Shown here: one piece after another, positions 12,283 to 25,560 of the stretch | Layout: the number at the start of each line of letters is the position of its first letter | How positions within the stretch are numbered: position 1 is the first letter of the stretch | DNA from: Oikopleura dioica | Taxonomy: Eukaryota > Animalia > Chordata | Direction: 5' to 3' | Assembly (NCBI GenBank): GCA_907165135.1 | Contig: OU015568.1 | Coordinates: 4,836,001 to 4,900,000, forward strand | DNA length: 64,000 nucleotides | Notes under the pieces: model-generated | The model's input: the letters and a program-made list of their open reading frames with translations, nothing else | Told to the model about the DNA's origin: nothing | The model's database searches: none | Translations under genes and position numbers: made by a program

Positions 12283-15200
12283 ATGGACTGTAACCCGCGC
12301 GTGCTCGAGTCCCTCGTCCGTCTGGAGGAAAAGTATATGCCCATCTCGAATTACTTCTCCCTCGTCCAAAAGAACGTAATCGCCCCCTGGATGCGCCAAA
12401 AAGTCACGATGTGGATGTTAGAGGTAATGATCTTTTTCTTGACTTTTGCGCTTCTTTTCAAAATTTACGAATCGTTGAGTCGACTATTTCCGGACGGTTT
12501 TGATCCGTTTTCGAGCCGAAAATTACTGTTTCGGCTCGACCAAGCGATTTTTCTATCGCCGGAGGGCATCGCTGCGCGCAAAAATGTGCGCGGTTCCGTT
12601 GGCCGAAAAATGCGCAAAATTTGAAAAGGCTTCGCGGGCGCCTCGGCCAAAAATGCAAATTTGTAATAATAAATTCGCTAATCCGATTCCCTCATCGGAC
12701 GTACTGCCGGATTTTGCGGCTTTTGACCCCCTAGGAAGGCTTTAATAAATAATCATTATGTTCCCCTTTTCCCTTTTTCACCTTATTTCAGCTTTTATTC
12801 GTCTGTCTATTCCAGCTTCGGGTTCATAAAAACAGACGACCTCTGAAAAGAAAACGTCGCTTATTTGAAAACATTGCACATTTCAAATAATGATGAACGC
12901 CTGGGTAAATACGAAAAATCACGTGCCCGGATGAGCCGTTTTTTCATTGATTTCCTTCAGGAAGTGAAATAGCGGCCGGGAAACCCTTATTCAAAGTCTG
13001 ACTTTGACTTTCTTTTGAAAAAAGATTGAAAATATGTTTTTCAAATTAAAAATTTTTGAAAAAAAAATCGGGCTTTTCGCCAAAAAATTTTAAGGGCATC
13101 CGGCGGAAATGACTGTCCATTTTGTCAAAAACCGCAAAAATTAACGGCTTTCGATTCAATCTTAAAAATTTACGAGACCAAGAATTCCAATTTCAATTTT
13201 GAAAAATTCAATCTTGAATCTTCTTGTGCCCAAGGGTACTTGAAATTCACTTGTCGAGCACAACCACTAAACAAGCTCCTGAAAAAAAGAGGGTCAACTT
13301 TTTTGGGCGGGCCTTGGCGCTTAATCAAACTAAAATTACCGCCAAACTTGACCTTTTTGATTCCCACCGAAGAAGTACAATAAACAAATATCCCTTCCCT
13401 TCCCCTTCAAAATAAGACCCCCAAAATCCATAGGACACCCTTATCAATCTTCCCGATAAGAAAAAAAACGTTGTTGACACCCTTAATTGACCCTAAAAGA
13501 CAGAAAGAAAAGCGTGCGCATAATCCGTGCCCTACAAGATCAAAAAAAGACCGAAAGACCTAACAACCTAAAAACCGAAAATCCGAAAATCCGCTGATCA
13601 AAGAAATGCCCGGCTGTTAAAAAATTAAGGGCGCGACCCGTACGTTAATCTTCCGAGCTTCCTCTTAGCTCCATGAGCTGGGGTCTTGTCGATGACTGTT
13701 TGACATTTTGTTCTGACAGTTACGTTTTCGTAAAAAAAAAGAAAATAACCCCAGAAAAGTCATCGAACAAAAATTTTCTTGAAATATATTTTTTATCATT
13801 TTTGGAAGTTGAACTTGAAATTTGGCAAAAGAACTTTCGAATTGAAAATGTCAAATAATATTATGTTACGGATTCTTATCTCTTTCCCTCTCCCTTTTCC
13901 AAGCTCCCACGACTTCCCCCCGCAACCACGAAATCCACCATAATAAGCTCACGTGATGATTTTTCTTATATTCGTCAATGGACAGGTGCACCCAACATTC
14001 AACTTGAAACACAAACAATTTCATGCTCGAGTACCGAAATGAACAAAAAAGGGACTTTATTTTTGTCGCGCTCGATAATTATCGTTATAAAGCCGTAAAT
14101 TTCATTTTTTGTATGAAAAAAGACATGTTTCGGTGGCGATTTTTTGATAAAAAGAAGCCGTAAATTGCCGTTTTTTCAACTGTCAGGTCCGGAAACAGCT
14201 ATTCTTTTCTATCATCTGATTTTCGATGATTTCGAATAACGGCTTGATACCCTTAATCTTGAAGCTTTGGGGATAGGCAGAAAAGTCTATTGAAATTCAA
14301 GTTCTTTCATTCAAAAAATTACCTAACTTTTTGTTTCATCATTTTTTATGACGACCAAAATGAACAATTAAAAATCTGCTACTAATTACAAGAACTAGTA
14401 ATTACTTCTTTCCTTCATGACATTTTTGCGGGCAGTTTCACGATCGGTGACCTTACCGTTTTTCTCAGGCTCTGAATTTTTTAACTGGTAATATATTCGT
14501 ATGTTTATTAGGTTGTGAATTATTTCCTGCTGTGATCAGCAATGATCACTTGTCAGGATTAGTGCTGATGTTATAAGTTGCTGATCAATACTTTCACAAC
14601 TGTGACAACTGTAAAATCGATTAGCAATAGGACTGTTGAGAATGAGGACTTATGGCAAGTTTCAAACTTATTTTCGGTTGAGTTGCTTTTGACCCTGATT
14701 TCTTATTCCGATTTACTGGGCTCCCCAAACTGAGTAGAAAGCCTGAGTCAGATTCTGAGAGTGCTAAAAAGAAAAGCCGCGTAGCGGCTTTTTCTAAAAA
14801 CGAAGCCGCAAAGCGGCTTCGCAAGTATATCTTGATCGATATCATTATTTAGCTCTTTCAGAACCTGACTCAGGTTTTAAACTCAGATTTTCTAGCCGAC
14901 AAATAACTTGTGGAATTTTTTCCACAGTGGAAAGATCGTTAAGGCTCTTCCTACGATAATGAGTGTCATTAGTGTCATGAACATTTATAAGCTCATTACT
15001 TAGATAGACACTTATTTAGACAAAGTAATAAATAAAATTAACATTTTTCTGAAGCCTGGGAAAGATTTACTATTCAACTTGACATTCTTGGTAGTTGTTT
15101 GTCTTGGTGGTCTGTTTTTATGCCGGATGATCATTTTTTCTTGTTGTAAAAAGCGTCGGCTTTGAAAGTTTTGAAGCGTTTTGAAAGTACTTCCGAGCCG

Positions 15201-18200
15201 CGGCGGCGCCCCGGCTGATCTCGCCACGCATTAAACGAGCCCGTGTCCGGTTTTATCGCGCGTTTCCGGCTATTACGCAAAGTTCGATCTTCCGGTGGCT
15301 ATCTTGAATGATTGATTAATTTTTCAATTGAGGGGAGACTTGATCGGAAGTGCACCGCGTGGGAGATCATCGGATTTGAGAAGAAGGGGTCGAAAAAATC
15401 GGATTTATCGACTTTTTGAAGCGTTTGATTCCCGATTTTTTCAATTCTAGCGTTCCAGTTTTCGATTAAATTGAGGAAAAAAGCTTTTTTTAGGCAAGGG
15501 ATACCTTTAAAATCCGGATTTCTCGCATTTTTCTTGTTAAATTATTCATTCCATCCATGTTTGTTGATTCGGTTTGACACCCTTAAAAAACTGGACCATG
15601 AAATCACCCAAAAAATCGTTGATGAGACCCTTAACCCTTCCGTTTGATCACGTGATGTTCCGCCGCGTCCAGAAATCTGTCAGTTTTGGAAGACAATAAA
15701 CGTCCGGCCCAAAAGTGGGCCCACTTGAAAAGACGGAAACGGCACCCAAATACACTTTTGCTCGGGTACTTGAAAGGATGAGGCCCTTTATCGACGATTT
15801 TAATGAGTCTGGGTGGAATCAAAACAATGCATTCATCGATTTAGATCTATTAAAACAACTAGTTCTTTTTTATAAAGAAAAATCGTTGCTGGAAGCTTTT
15901 CCTGTGTTGAAAACCTGACTCAGGGTCTGAAAATCTTGTTTCGTATTTTAGTTTTTCAGACCCTGACTCAGGTTTTTCACACAGGTTTCCGACCTCAGCA
16001 GCTTTCAGAAATATGGGAAGAGTTCGAAAAAAGTCTTTGAACTTGTGATTTTCTCGTCGGGGAAATATAATTTCAAATTAAATTTGACGTATTTCGATGG
16101 TCGGCCACAGCGCGATAATCGATTTCATTTAGCTCCCAGAAAAAAATGCGCGCCTACCGGAAATTCTCGACAATAGCGATAATTTATTTTCTCCTTCCCA
16201 GAAGCTCAAATCTTTCTAGCGTCGCTCTAACTGTATGTTTTCAGGTTTGCGAGGAGACGAGGACGGCAGAGACGGTTTTCAGCTTGGCTGTCAATATGAT
16301 GGATAGATTTTTATCCGGTGAGTTTTTCGTCTTTATTTTTTTGACTTTTATGAACTTTGAATTTTAGTCTGCACAATCCGCCGCTCGGAGCTTCAACTAC
16401 TCGGCGCTGCGACCCTCTTCCTTTCCGCCAAATTGCGCGAGTCATTTTCGCCGTTGACGGAAGTCGAGGTGATCGTGGCGTACACCGACAGATCGATCAC
16501 CGCCCAACAGCTTCTGGTAAGTGTGCTTCACCACCGGTCTACGTATCCGGATAACATAAACTAGTGGTAGAAATGACTAGTTTTGTCGGGGAAGGATATT
16601 GTTGGTATGGTGATAGATTGGGATCTTAGTCTTTTCGAATTCAAGGTTGTCGAAAATCTCGGCTCGAAAACCTGTGTAGAAACCTGAGTCAGGGTCCAAA
16701 ATAACTTTCATGAAAATATGCCCCAATTTTTTTAGCGAAATAATACCAAACTTACCATCTCTATTTTCGGACTTAGCAACCTGTGTAAAAACCTGAGTCA
16801 GGGTCTTAAAAAAGCTCGGTGAATCTCAAAGGATTATTTTTGCGAAGCCGCCCTGCGGCTTCGATTTTGAGAAAGCCGCTATGCGGCTTTTCATTTGAGC
16901 TTTTTCGGCACCCTGACTCAGGTTTTTACACAGGGTGCCAAGAGCTGGTTCAAAGGAGATGTCAATTGTTTTTTTTGAATATTTGTAGATTGGTGAGTAT
17001 ATTTTCCCTTCCAATAAAATCCGCCGAAGCATGACATTTTGATTTTTAAGGACATGGAGCTGCTCATCCTACTGAAGCTAAAGTGGGACTTGTACGGTCC
17101 CGTGGCGAAAGATTTCATCAAAGAGCTCGTTCAATTGCTTCCCGACGACATTTCCAAATCCGACGACGTCGATTTGGTCGCCCGTCACGCTTCTACTTAT
17201 GCTGATGTCGTTGCCATCGGTAAGAAAATGAGCTAGAAATAGCGACTGTTTTTGAAATTTGGTGTCAAGGAGTTTTACGCGCGATCGGTTTGATCCAATT
17301 TCGGGCTTCTTGGGTGGCAAGGGAGATAATAGCGGATTTGCATGATTTTCAACGAGGCCGGTTGTGGATAGGATTTTGAGGAAAAAGCCTTCAATTTGAC
17401 ATTGAAGGCAAATTAAGGGGCTCTTAATTGAAGGGCGTCAACACCTTTAAACGCTTTTTTAGCTGACTTAGAGGACGCCATCCTGTGCAGAAAACCTGAG
17501 TCAGGGTCTTGAAAGGGATTCTTATTAGAAGCTCTTAAAGGACCCTGACTCAGGTTTTCTGCACAGGATGGCCACCTCTTAGTCAGCTAAAGAAGCGCTT
17601 AAAGGTGTTGACGCCCTTAATTTGCCTTCACAGTTTTCGGGCTCAAAACTTACTCTTGTCTAAAATAAGGGTTCTTTTATTCGTTAAAATCTTTTTTTTT
17701 TAAACTCAAAAATCTATTTTGATTTGAGCCACAAATATTCATTTCCCACGCACTTCTTCCTTTTTTTATTCTCCTTCTTTATTTTCGCTTCGCGCGCGCT
17801 TTTTAAAAACTGCCACCTGGCGCGATCGCCGCCCTGAGAACGCTGGCTTAGGGTTTTAGGCAAAACAGATTGACACGGGCTATTGAGTATTAAAAATTGC
17901 ACAGAAACCGTTTTCCCAGGTGCGCGGAGAAGGGGAGATAAACAAAGATAAACCCTCGCGAACAAAACAGGCCGGATCTTCGGTCGTCTTTTTGACGCTT
18001 CATTCAAACTTCTTTCAGATGAAAAATTCATCATGGTTCCGCCATCAATGATCGCCGCCTGTTGTGTCACCGCCGCCGTCTGCGGAAACGAAAAATTCCC
18101 AAAGAACACGCCTGAGGGCATTTTGGCCCGGATGCAAGCTGGAATCGGCGTTGAAAACGTAAGTTATGCACTTTGATTCCCCCTAGCTAGCGCTAGAATT

Positions 18201-19228
18201 TTAAGAAATTTCGAAATCTCGATTTTCGGCTTCGAAAATTCGAAATTCTTTTTATTGTTTTGAGTCGAAGTTCAAAAACGTGGGAAAACGCTTCGTAAAA
18301 CTTTTCAAATTCCACTGCGGTTTTGGGTTTTGAATACAACCGGGTGACTAGCTGGCGCGGGCAAACACTCGCTTTCTTGATAATGATGAAAAGCCCCGTT
18401 TTCGTTTGCCAGATTTCGCCGCAGAGCACATTTGTCAAACAAATTCAACGCCATAAAGTTATTTAGGAAGTGGGATAATTGAGTAATTGGCCGAGATTAT
18501 CTTTCTATAAAAAAAAACACTAATAAGAATTATTTTGGCTCGAAAACCTGAGTCAGGGTTTAATAGAGCTTGAATAAAAAGCGGCATAGCGGCTTTTTTG
18601 TTAACAAAGCCGCAACGCGGCTTCGAAAAAATAACCCTTGAAGGTTGACAGATGTTTTTCAAAAACCCTGACTCAGGTTTTTCCCTGTGTTACACAGGGT
18701 CGCCAGCCAAGGATCCCACAAGCACCGAAATCTTGACCCCGAAAAAACCGTCTGTCTGGTAGCACCAAGATGAGAAACTTCCAAAAAGCCCCAGCCAGCA
18801 AAAAAAAAACTGATCAGCTTTTCAAAATCTTTCTTGTTTCGAGCTCATCAAGCTCGCAAAAGTCGCCCTTGACGTTTGAAATACGTCGCGTCCGCTATTT
18901 GGCCGGAGCAAATAAAACCAGCGACTTATGAGGAAGTTAAAATCCCATGGAACGGACTCTGATTAACTTACGCGTTGCTATGTGATCTGCTGACCCAGGC
19001 GGTTTTTAGGATGAGCTTTTATGAACCCAAATTTTCTTCCTTGATTTCAAACTTTTTTTTTAGGATTTCCTGAAAAGCTGCTACTCGACGGTCGCCGAAA
19101 GCCTCAAATCCGCCTTTTTCTCCGACTCTGGTTCCGATTCTGGCGTCAACGATTCCTCAATGTCGTCTGAAAATTCTAGCGCCACGCTCGAGCGAGTCAC
19201 TCCTGACGAAGTTGACGAAAATGTCTGA
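12283..19228 (+). CDS. CCND: Cyclin D (N-terminal exon(s) unresolved; frame is open upstream of the Met to ~12241)
   Basis: Exons 12283-12423, 16246-16316, 16367-16516, 17051-17220, 18020-18158, 19064-19228 give IAPWMRQKVTMWMLEVCEE...FSLAVNMMDRFLS...LQLLGAATLFLSAKLRE...YTDRSIT...MELLILLKLKWDL...PPSMIAA...VTPDEV (Thr phosphodegron). Confidence 0.95.
14742..14880. mobile_element. CCTGAGTCAGG-family MITE (degenerate copy) with AAGCCGC-N3-GCGGCTT dyads
   Basis: CCTGAGTCAG / CCTGACTCAGG ends flank two GC dyads. Confidence 0.6.
16780..16934. mobile_element. CCTGAGTCAGG-family MITE
   Basis: 25-bp inverted repeat CCTGTGTAAAAACCTGAGTCAGGGT...ACCCTGACTCAGGTTTTTACACAGG; related copies at ~15911-15985, 16657-16697, 18533-18700, 20055-20218, 37638-37720, 38617-38724, 63535-63748. 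Confidence 0.8.
17403..17630. mobile_element. Long foldback element (~90-bp arms) containing TTAA-GGGCGTCAAC termini and a CCTGAGTCAGG core
   Basis: Left arm TGAAGGCAAATTAAGGG...CCTGAGTCAGGGTC pairs with right arm GACCCTGACTCAGG...CCCTTAATTTGCCTTCA. Confidence 0.85.
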
Positions 19229-21436
19229 CTTGACTTGACTTCCTGACATAAGTTATGACTCATGCAAGCACGATTCTAGTGACTTTCTGAGTCAATCCGA
19301 CTGTTCTTTTTACATGACTAGAGCCTTATCAATGTTATCTCTCTTTTACGAGTTTTGAACTTAAGGGTATCGAGCCCGAAATCGTTAATATTTTTTTATT
19401 TAAAAGTTTTAGGCTAAAACTTGATTTATTGAATACTCTCAGCAGGATTTCTTGAGTCTCTGACTCTCAAAGGATCCTGAAAGCCTAATGTGTACAAAAT
19501 TATCGGGCTGACCCCCTTATTTAGCGAAAATTTAAATTAGTTTTTTTTTTCCCAAAAATATGCATTTTCTTACAATTTTAATTTTCAAAAATAATCTTAC
19601 CCTCAAAAACGATCTTAAAAGCCTCAATCCGACCAAAACTTAGGCAACAAAAGAAAAATACAGTTCTCTATAACGGCAACCTCAAAAAGATATATACAAA
19701 AAAGTATATTTCAAACTAAACTTTCATATTCAAACATGATCATTTTATATGTATAACGATTTGTTTTAGCTTTTTTATTCTTTTTTTTTTCTTGATCACA
19801 TGTTTATCTCTCTATTTCTTCTTGTTTTTTACATATTTGTATATTGGTGTGAATACTCAAAAGACGCTCAAGTTCAGCTTTCAAAATTCTCTATCAAAAT
19901 TTCCCCTACTGTTTCCCTCGAACTTCTACTACTGTACACTTTTATTTTTATTCTCCCTGTTAGACAAAATAATACTTTGATATATTCCGACGCTTCGATA
20001 CATTCTTGAATAAATGTGCGATTTTTTCGAACCTTTTGCTGTCTGATCTTGACAACCGTAGAAAATACCTGAGTCAGGGTATGATGGATATACAATTGAA
20101 TCTTTTTACCTTGAATGATAATGTCGCAAAGCCGCTTCGCGGCTTCGTTTTTTGAATAGCCGCTGCGCGGCTTTTCGTTAAATATCTTCACGACCCTGAC
20201 TCAGGTTTTCTACGCAGGGTCCCGCGGCCCGTGCCCTTTTTGGACTATTTTTGGGAGTCAAGCGGTGTTAAAATTTGATGATATCCATTTTTTGTATTGT
20301 AAGATTACGGGACAATGATAGCTGAATGATCTTATTTGTACGAAAACCGCAGGGGCTTCGGGGCTATGTTTTCTAAAAACGGTGTAAATTATGTGAGTCG
20401 TTTATGATCTCCATTTCTAGTCACGCGTCAAAAATTCAAAAAGGGTGCAGAAAATATTCTCTTTCAAAATTAAAACGCAAAAAATCATCAAAATCTGGTA
20501 AAATTTTAGAAATGAGTGTTTTTTCGTCCTTTTGAGCTCTTTTTTTGCCCGTTTTCTTACTAAAAAATACCTTATTTTTTCCTAAGATTATTTTCCTAAC
20601 CCTAACCTAAAGCCAAATGAAAAAAATACAGGAAAAAAACCCAGTAAAACCTAGTTAAAAAAAGGAATTTGCAAGCCATTAACCCAGTTAGCCAATAATG
20701 ACGTATTCGTAATTTACAAGCGCTTTGACTTGTGTAAACCCCGGGCTTTAGCTAAAATACCGCGTTGTCAAACAATTTGAACTTGAGTAACCAATTTTTA
20801 TTATCCTCGTTTTGCTTTATTTTTTTTCTTCGCCAAACAGCGGCATTTTCGGCTTCTTCCAAGGGTGTTACACCGTAATAAAGCCTGAATAGAATCCGAA
20901 ACCGGAGAAATTCGCATTTGTGAAGGACGAGTGTTTGGCTACGTATTCAAAGCTCTTTCAATTTTTGTGACAGCCTTCCGCCGATAAAATAATCCAGAGG
21001 CAAACAAGCTGTTTCCAATCGACTGCATAAATTTACTTTTTCCAGCTCGATCTCAAGTGTTTTTGATACCAAAGATTGTTACTGCTTCCATGTTTCTCAT
21101 AATTTTTGAAAGGTCATTCCTTCTTCCAAGTTTGGCGTAGTGACACCCTTAGTTGACTTGACTGAAAGAAAGCTCAATCCCGTATTTTTGTCCAACACAG
21201 CTTAGCGCTAACCCTAACCCTAGCGGTAACATATCCCTTGCCCATCAAAGTCTCATTCTTTATCATCCGCTGAGTCATCAAAAATCAAATCATCGCATGC
21301 TCTAGAAAATCGACCGGTTGGTATTGATTTTGCGCAGGTGCAGAGTGAATTTTAAATTTGACCTATTCTATCGTTCGGCCTTGATTTTGTCTAATTTCTT
21401 CTTTTTCAAAAATGCTTATTTTCTCCCTCATCACAG

Positions 21437-22642
21437 TTACATACAGTTCGAGTTTTTGCTACATCCAGCACAAGCAGGACTGGATTATTCTGCAAGAGAG
21501 CTGCTTTGAGTCTTGGAATGGAATCAATGTCACTGAGGAGAAAAAAGCACTGATAGGAATGAAGGTTTATTAACAAACTGACACCCTTAACAAAAGTTGA
21601 AGAGCATTTTTCAACCTTGAAAAAGATTGCTCGGATATCTCATCAGATTCGGAAAGCACTCTTTCGGTAAATCTCTTCAGCGACAGGAAAATAACTCAGG
21701 ACGGCTTTATCATCGGCCAAGTAAAGGAAGGTCCTTATCCAAAAGACACAGAAAGTCCTTGCGACTTTCACTCAGAAAATGAAGCGTCTGGCTCGCCCGG
21801 AGAATATGTCATCTTTTGCGAAGAAAATTCAAAGAAACAAAATTGCGACGAGCTGAAAACTGAGCTAGAATCATGTAACGCGAGAAAATTTGTCTGCAAA
21901 GAAGTTGATAATTCTGAACAGTCAGAATTCAACTGCCCAAGATGGACAGAGTGGAATCAGTGGTCGGATTGTATTGCTCAACATCCCTGCTCGCCTAATC
22001 GAACAAGGGTAGGAACGGCAATGAATTGTACCCCAAATTCACTTGAATTTCTAGTACGAGAGGAAACAGCTGAGAGAATGCACTCACAACGATGACTGTA
22101 TGATCGATTGTATTGGCTCAAACGAGAAAACGGAAGGTAAAGAGGGTTTATCTCGCATTTTTTCTTCTTTTTCTTAAAGATTGCTTATACGATGCATGTC
22201 CTGATTGGAGCGAGTGGGCATCATGGAGCGACTGCATCCAAATCCCGAGTTCTTTCGCTGACACTGATCTTTCGGAAAACTGCCCGCCGAAGTTCAGATT
22301 GAGGGAGAAGCGAAGATGTCCAGAATCGGAGCAATTTTGCTCGCTGATAGAAGAGGAGCCCTGTGCCTGCCACTTAGAGAGTGAAAGAGAGGGAGAAAGA
22401 CTTGAAATGAATGGAAATCAAGGAGGAGTACCGAGGGAGAAGAAAAAGATTGAAGGACTTAGTTCTGCGTCAATGGGAATGGGTCAATGGATTTCCTTCT
22501 TTTAGATTCTCAAAGAAAATTTCAAAGTCATTCATATTGACCAGTAAAAGTTGCTCTTTCGTGTGTCGTTGTTCTGACTCTTGTCGTCATGGTCCTGATC
22601 GTCGTCCTCATCAAATACAGACGAAATCAAGAAGATAGTTAA
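21437..22642 (+). CDS. Thrombospondin type-1 repeat membrane protein (partial; 5' exons probably upstream near 20890)
   Basis: CPRWTEWNQWSDC and CPDWSEWASWSDC (WxxWxxWS) motifs, followed by TM VALSCVVVLTLVVMVLIVVLIKYRR. Confidence 0.6.
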
Positions 22643-23437
22643 ATTTGGTCTGAAAATACCATCCACAAATTTTTTTTCTCCTTCAAGAGTGGACTATTTT
22701 CAGCCTTTCATAAGTTTCGAAGTCAATCAAGCAGAGCTCAGCCAACAGTCTCTGCCTTCAATCGCTTCTCATAGAATGGTTGGATAAGATACCCCCAACC
22801 ATTGCCCCAAAAAATCAACTGAACAACCTCAACCCTTTTTTCAACCAAACAAAAGAAATACTGATGCTGATGACTGGAGTTCTGTACCTTTTGAACGTCT
22901 CATGTGAAGAAAAAAATAATTTGGCTTCAAAAATATAAATAGATTAAAAGAAAAGAAGCAATTTCTTTATTTCATATTGAGCAGAAATCGTAGGCATCCC
23001 ATCGTTGTCAGGATGAAAATGATCACTAAAGAGCTATTTTTGAAGATACTCTTTCCGTTTACCTAGGAAGACATTGAGCGAAAATCGTTGTTCTGTTGAC
23101 TTGATTTCAGTTATTGACTCTTCCAAGACACTTTTTCGCCGAGGTCGGAGAACTTTGACATTTTTAGGTCTTTCGCGATTTTTGATTATTTCAAACCTGA
23201 GTTCTTACTTTTGACAAGATTTTCGTCAGCCATCTCTTTTGATGTTTCCCTTTTTTCGTCTTCTTAGGAATCTTAGACGCTCGCCGTGCTGACCGAGGAA
23301 AGAACACGATGCATCTTTCGCGAACTAACGCTATAAACAAAAATTGACTTCCTTGGGCGGGTCATTCTGCCAAAGTGCAAAATCAGTAATACTAATACAG
23401 TTCAGCTGAAAGATAAAGAGCTCATTTTCAATTTATT

Positions 23438-25223
23438 TTACAAGTAAGTATTTCGAGTATTTTCATCAAGCGCACATTTTCTTCTGAATTCTTGCCCTCT
23501 TTCGTGAAACCATTTGTTTGACACCCATTTTGTCCCTGACAATACTGGACAAGCTGCGTGTTGAGTGTTGTCATCGCTTTCACCAGAGGGTAGGAGATTG
23601 TACCAGAAGACGGCGGAGTTTCTCACGGGCTAGAAATGATAGACATGAAGAGATTTGATCAAATTTGAAGAACTTACTCTGGCTTGAATTCCTGCTTGAA
23701 TAAATACAGTTCCTCCGCCCATGTTTGGCTCTGACATGTACGCCAGCCACGTCGCTATTCTAGAGCCCTAAAAATAGATCATTCTAATGACTCCATAAGA
23801 AAACTCTACCTCTGCAGGATCCCAACGATTCTCAGCGCCGGGGTAGCTCTGATGATCCCAATGCGGCTCATATTGACCCGCGACTCCATAATTTCCAACT
23901 TGCACGAGTTCCGCGAAATCTGCATCGAGACCCGTTATTTGCGTCAGTTTTCTGTTGTATTTTGCGATTGTCCCGTTGACATCGAGTTTTTCATGTTCAG
24001 TAAGCCAGGCAGTTTTTTGAATTCGATAATCAGCGTTGACAAGTTCTCCCGTTGCTGGATCTTGAATTGTGGCGCGGTTGAGGTGTTCTCCAGCGAGTAG
24101 TTGAATTGCTTTTTCCTCCTCGTTCGAGACGACTTCGTAGAATTGGACGATGAGGGGGTCGTCGTGGAGCTCTTCGGTCTTGACAGGAGCCCATTGGAGG
24201 AAAGAGAGAGGGCTTGGGCCGGTCCAGTAGAAGCATTTGAGGTTTGGTTTGTGAGGAGGGGAGAATTCTCGGCACAAACGCTCGTATTCTCGCATAGATT
24301 CGTAATGCGCCTCCGGTCTGAAATGCATTTTCAGTAGAAAATCGACAATGTTTTTTACCTGGGAAGATGTTTCGCTGAAAAATTCATCCCCCTTTTCATC
24401 GATGGTGTTGATTCTTGATCAAGTCCGAGTTCTTCCAAATAGTAATTGTAATTTCTTTGATATCGCGCCTCTTCTGGTCGCATTTGCATCAAAACCGCTG
24501 TGATTTCCAGGGCTTGGAGAAGATCACCAAGTTCAGCGATGGAAATGGCAAGGTGATCGAGGATTTGAACAGCGAGATCACCGTCGTTCTCTTCGATTTG
24601 ATTCTGTTGCCAAGCTGCTACGAGCCAGAGAGCAGAGTGATAATGGTCGCTCTAGAATCTATTTAAGAAGAGAAAGAGCGAGGTTTCGTTACCTTCCAAT
24701 AGGCAATTTTTCCTATGCTGAGGGTTTCTTCTACTGTCAAATCTGATGGCTCTTTGTCCTTGACCCCGAGTTCCATTCCTTCAGCGAGGTCAAACGAATC
24801 GAGAGCATAGACATCTTGAATCCTGAAGATTCCCTCCGCGGCGCCGACTAAATCATCTCGATTCGGGTACGGCTCAAATTGCTGGAAGTCGAGAGATTCT
24901 TCTATTTCGGATTGAAGGGAGGTCCAAAAGGTCAGAAATCGACGAATGATCTTGTATTGTTCGATTGGGTGGTCGATGGATGATTTTGACTTGAGATTTT
25001 TGACATTTTCTGAAGAACAAAATTACGGGAAGATTTTTTTTATTAGGTTTTCACCGATATTGTCCCTGAGAGTTTCATACTGTCCCAATTTCTCCTCAAT
25101 TTGGATAAGTAAGCTTTCAATAAGTTGGCTCTCGAAATTGCTCAGTTCTTCTAGCGCTTTCTTTGAAGAGAAAATCTCTTGTGCAAATATTTTATTTAAA
25201 AATAGAAAATTCAAAAGTTTCAT
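23438..25223 (-). CDS. P4HA: Prolyl 4-hydroxylase alpha subunit
   Basis: Signal peptide MKLLNFLFL; P4Ha N-terminal region; YRIQKTAWL, LVQVGNYGVAGQYEPHWD (HxD), RIATWLAYMS, SAVFWYNL, TQHAACPVLSGTKWVSNKWFHERGQEF. Confidence 0.95.
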
Positions 25224-25560
25224 TTTATTGAAGCTCGACTGATTTTTACAACTGGGCAAGTATTGTTTTGGGATTTTTTATTGGTGTACTTTGTGAGTAA
25301 ACAGTTGACGACCGGCGTGATATCACAGGCCAGTGGTGAAAGCTATCGTATGCGGGAAATAAAAGATAAGAAATCTTCATGGATTTATTCTCACCGCCGG
25401 TCTGAGTCACCGGTCTGGCTCCCTCAATGCATGTTGCAGTATCAGTTCTCATAGCCGAATTCGGCTGATTATGCGTGCTAACATTTGCCCAAATTAAATC
25501 GTGAATGACTAGTTTTCCTTTTTGAAAAAAGCAAAAATCGAAGGCAAATCTAAATTGAGC

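Noticed and set aside
15631-15645. TTAA-CCCT piggyBac-like left end
   Set aside because: No matching AGGG-TTAA right end or TIR found nearby
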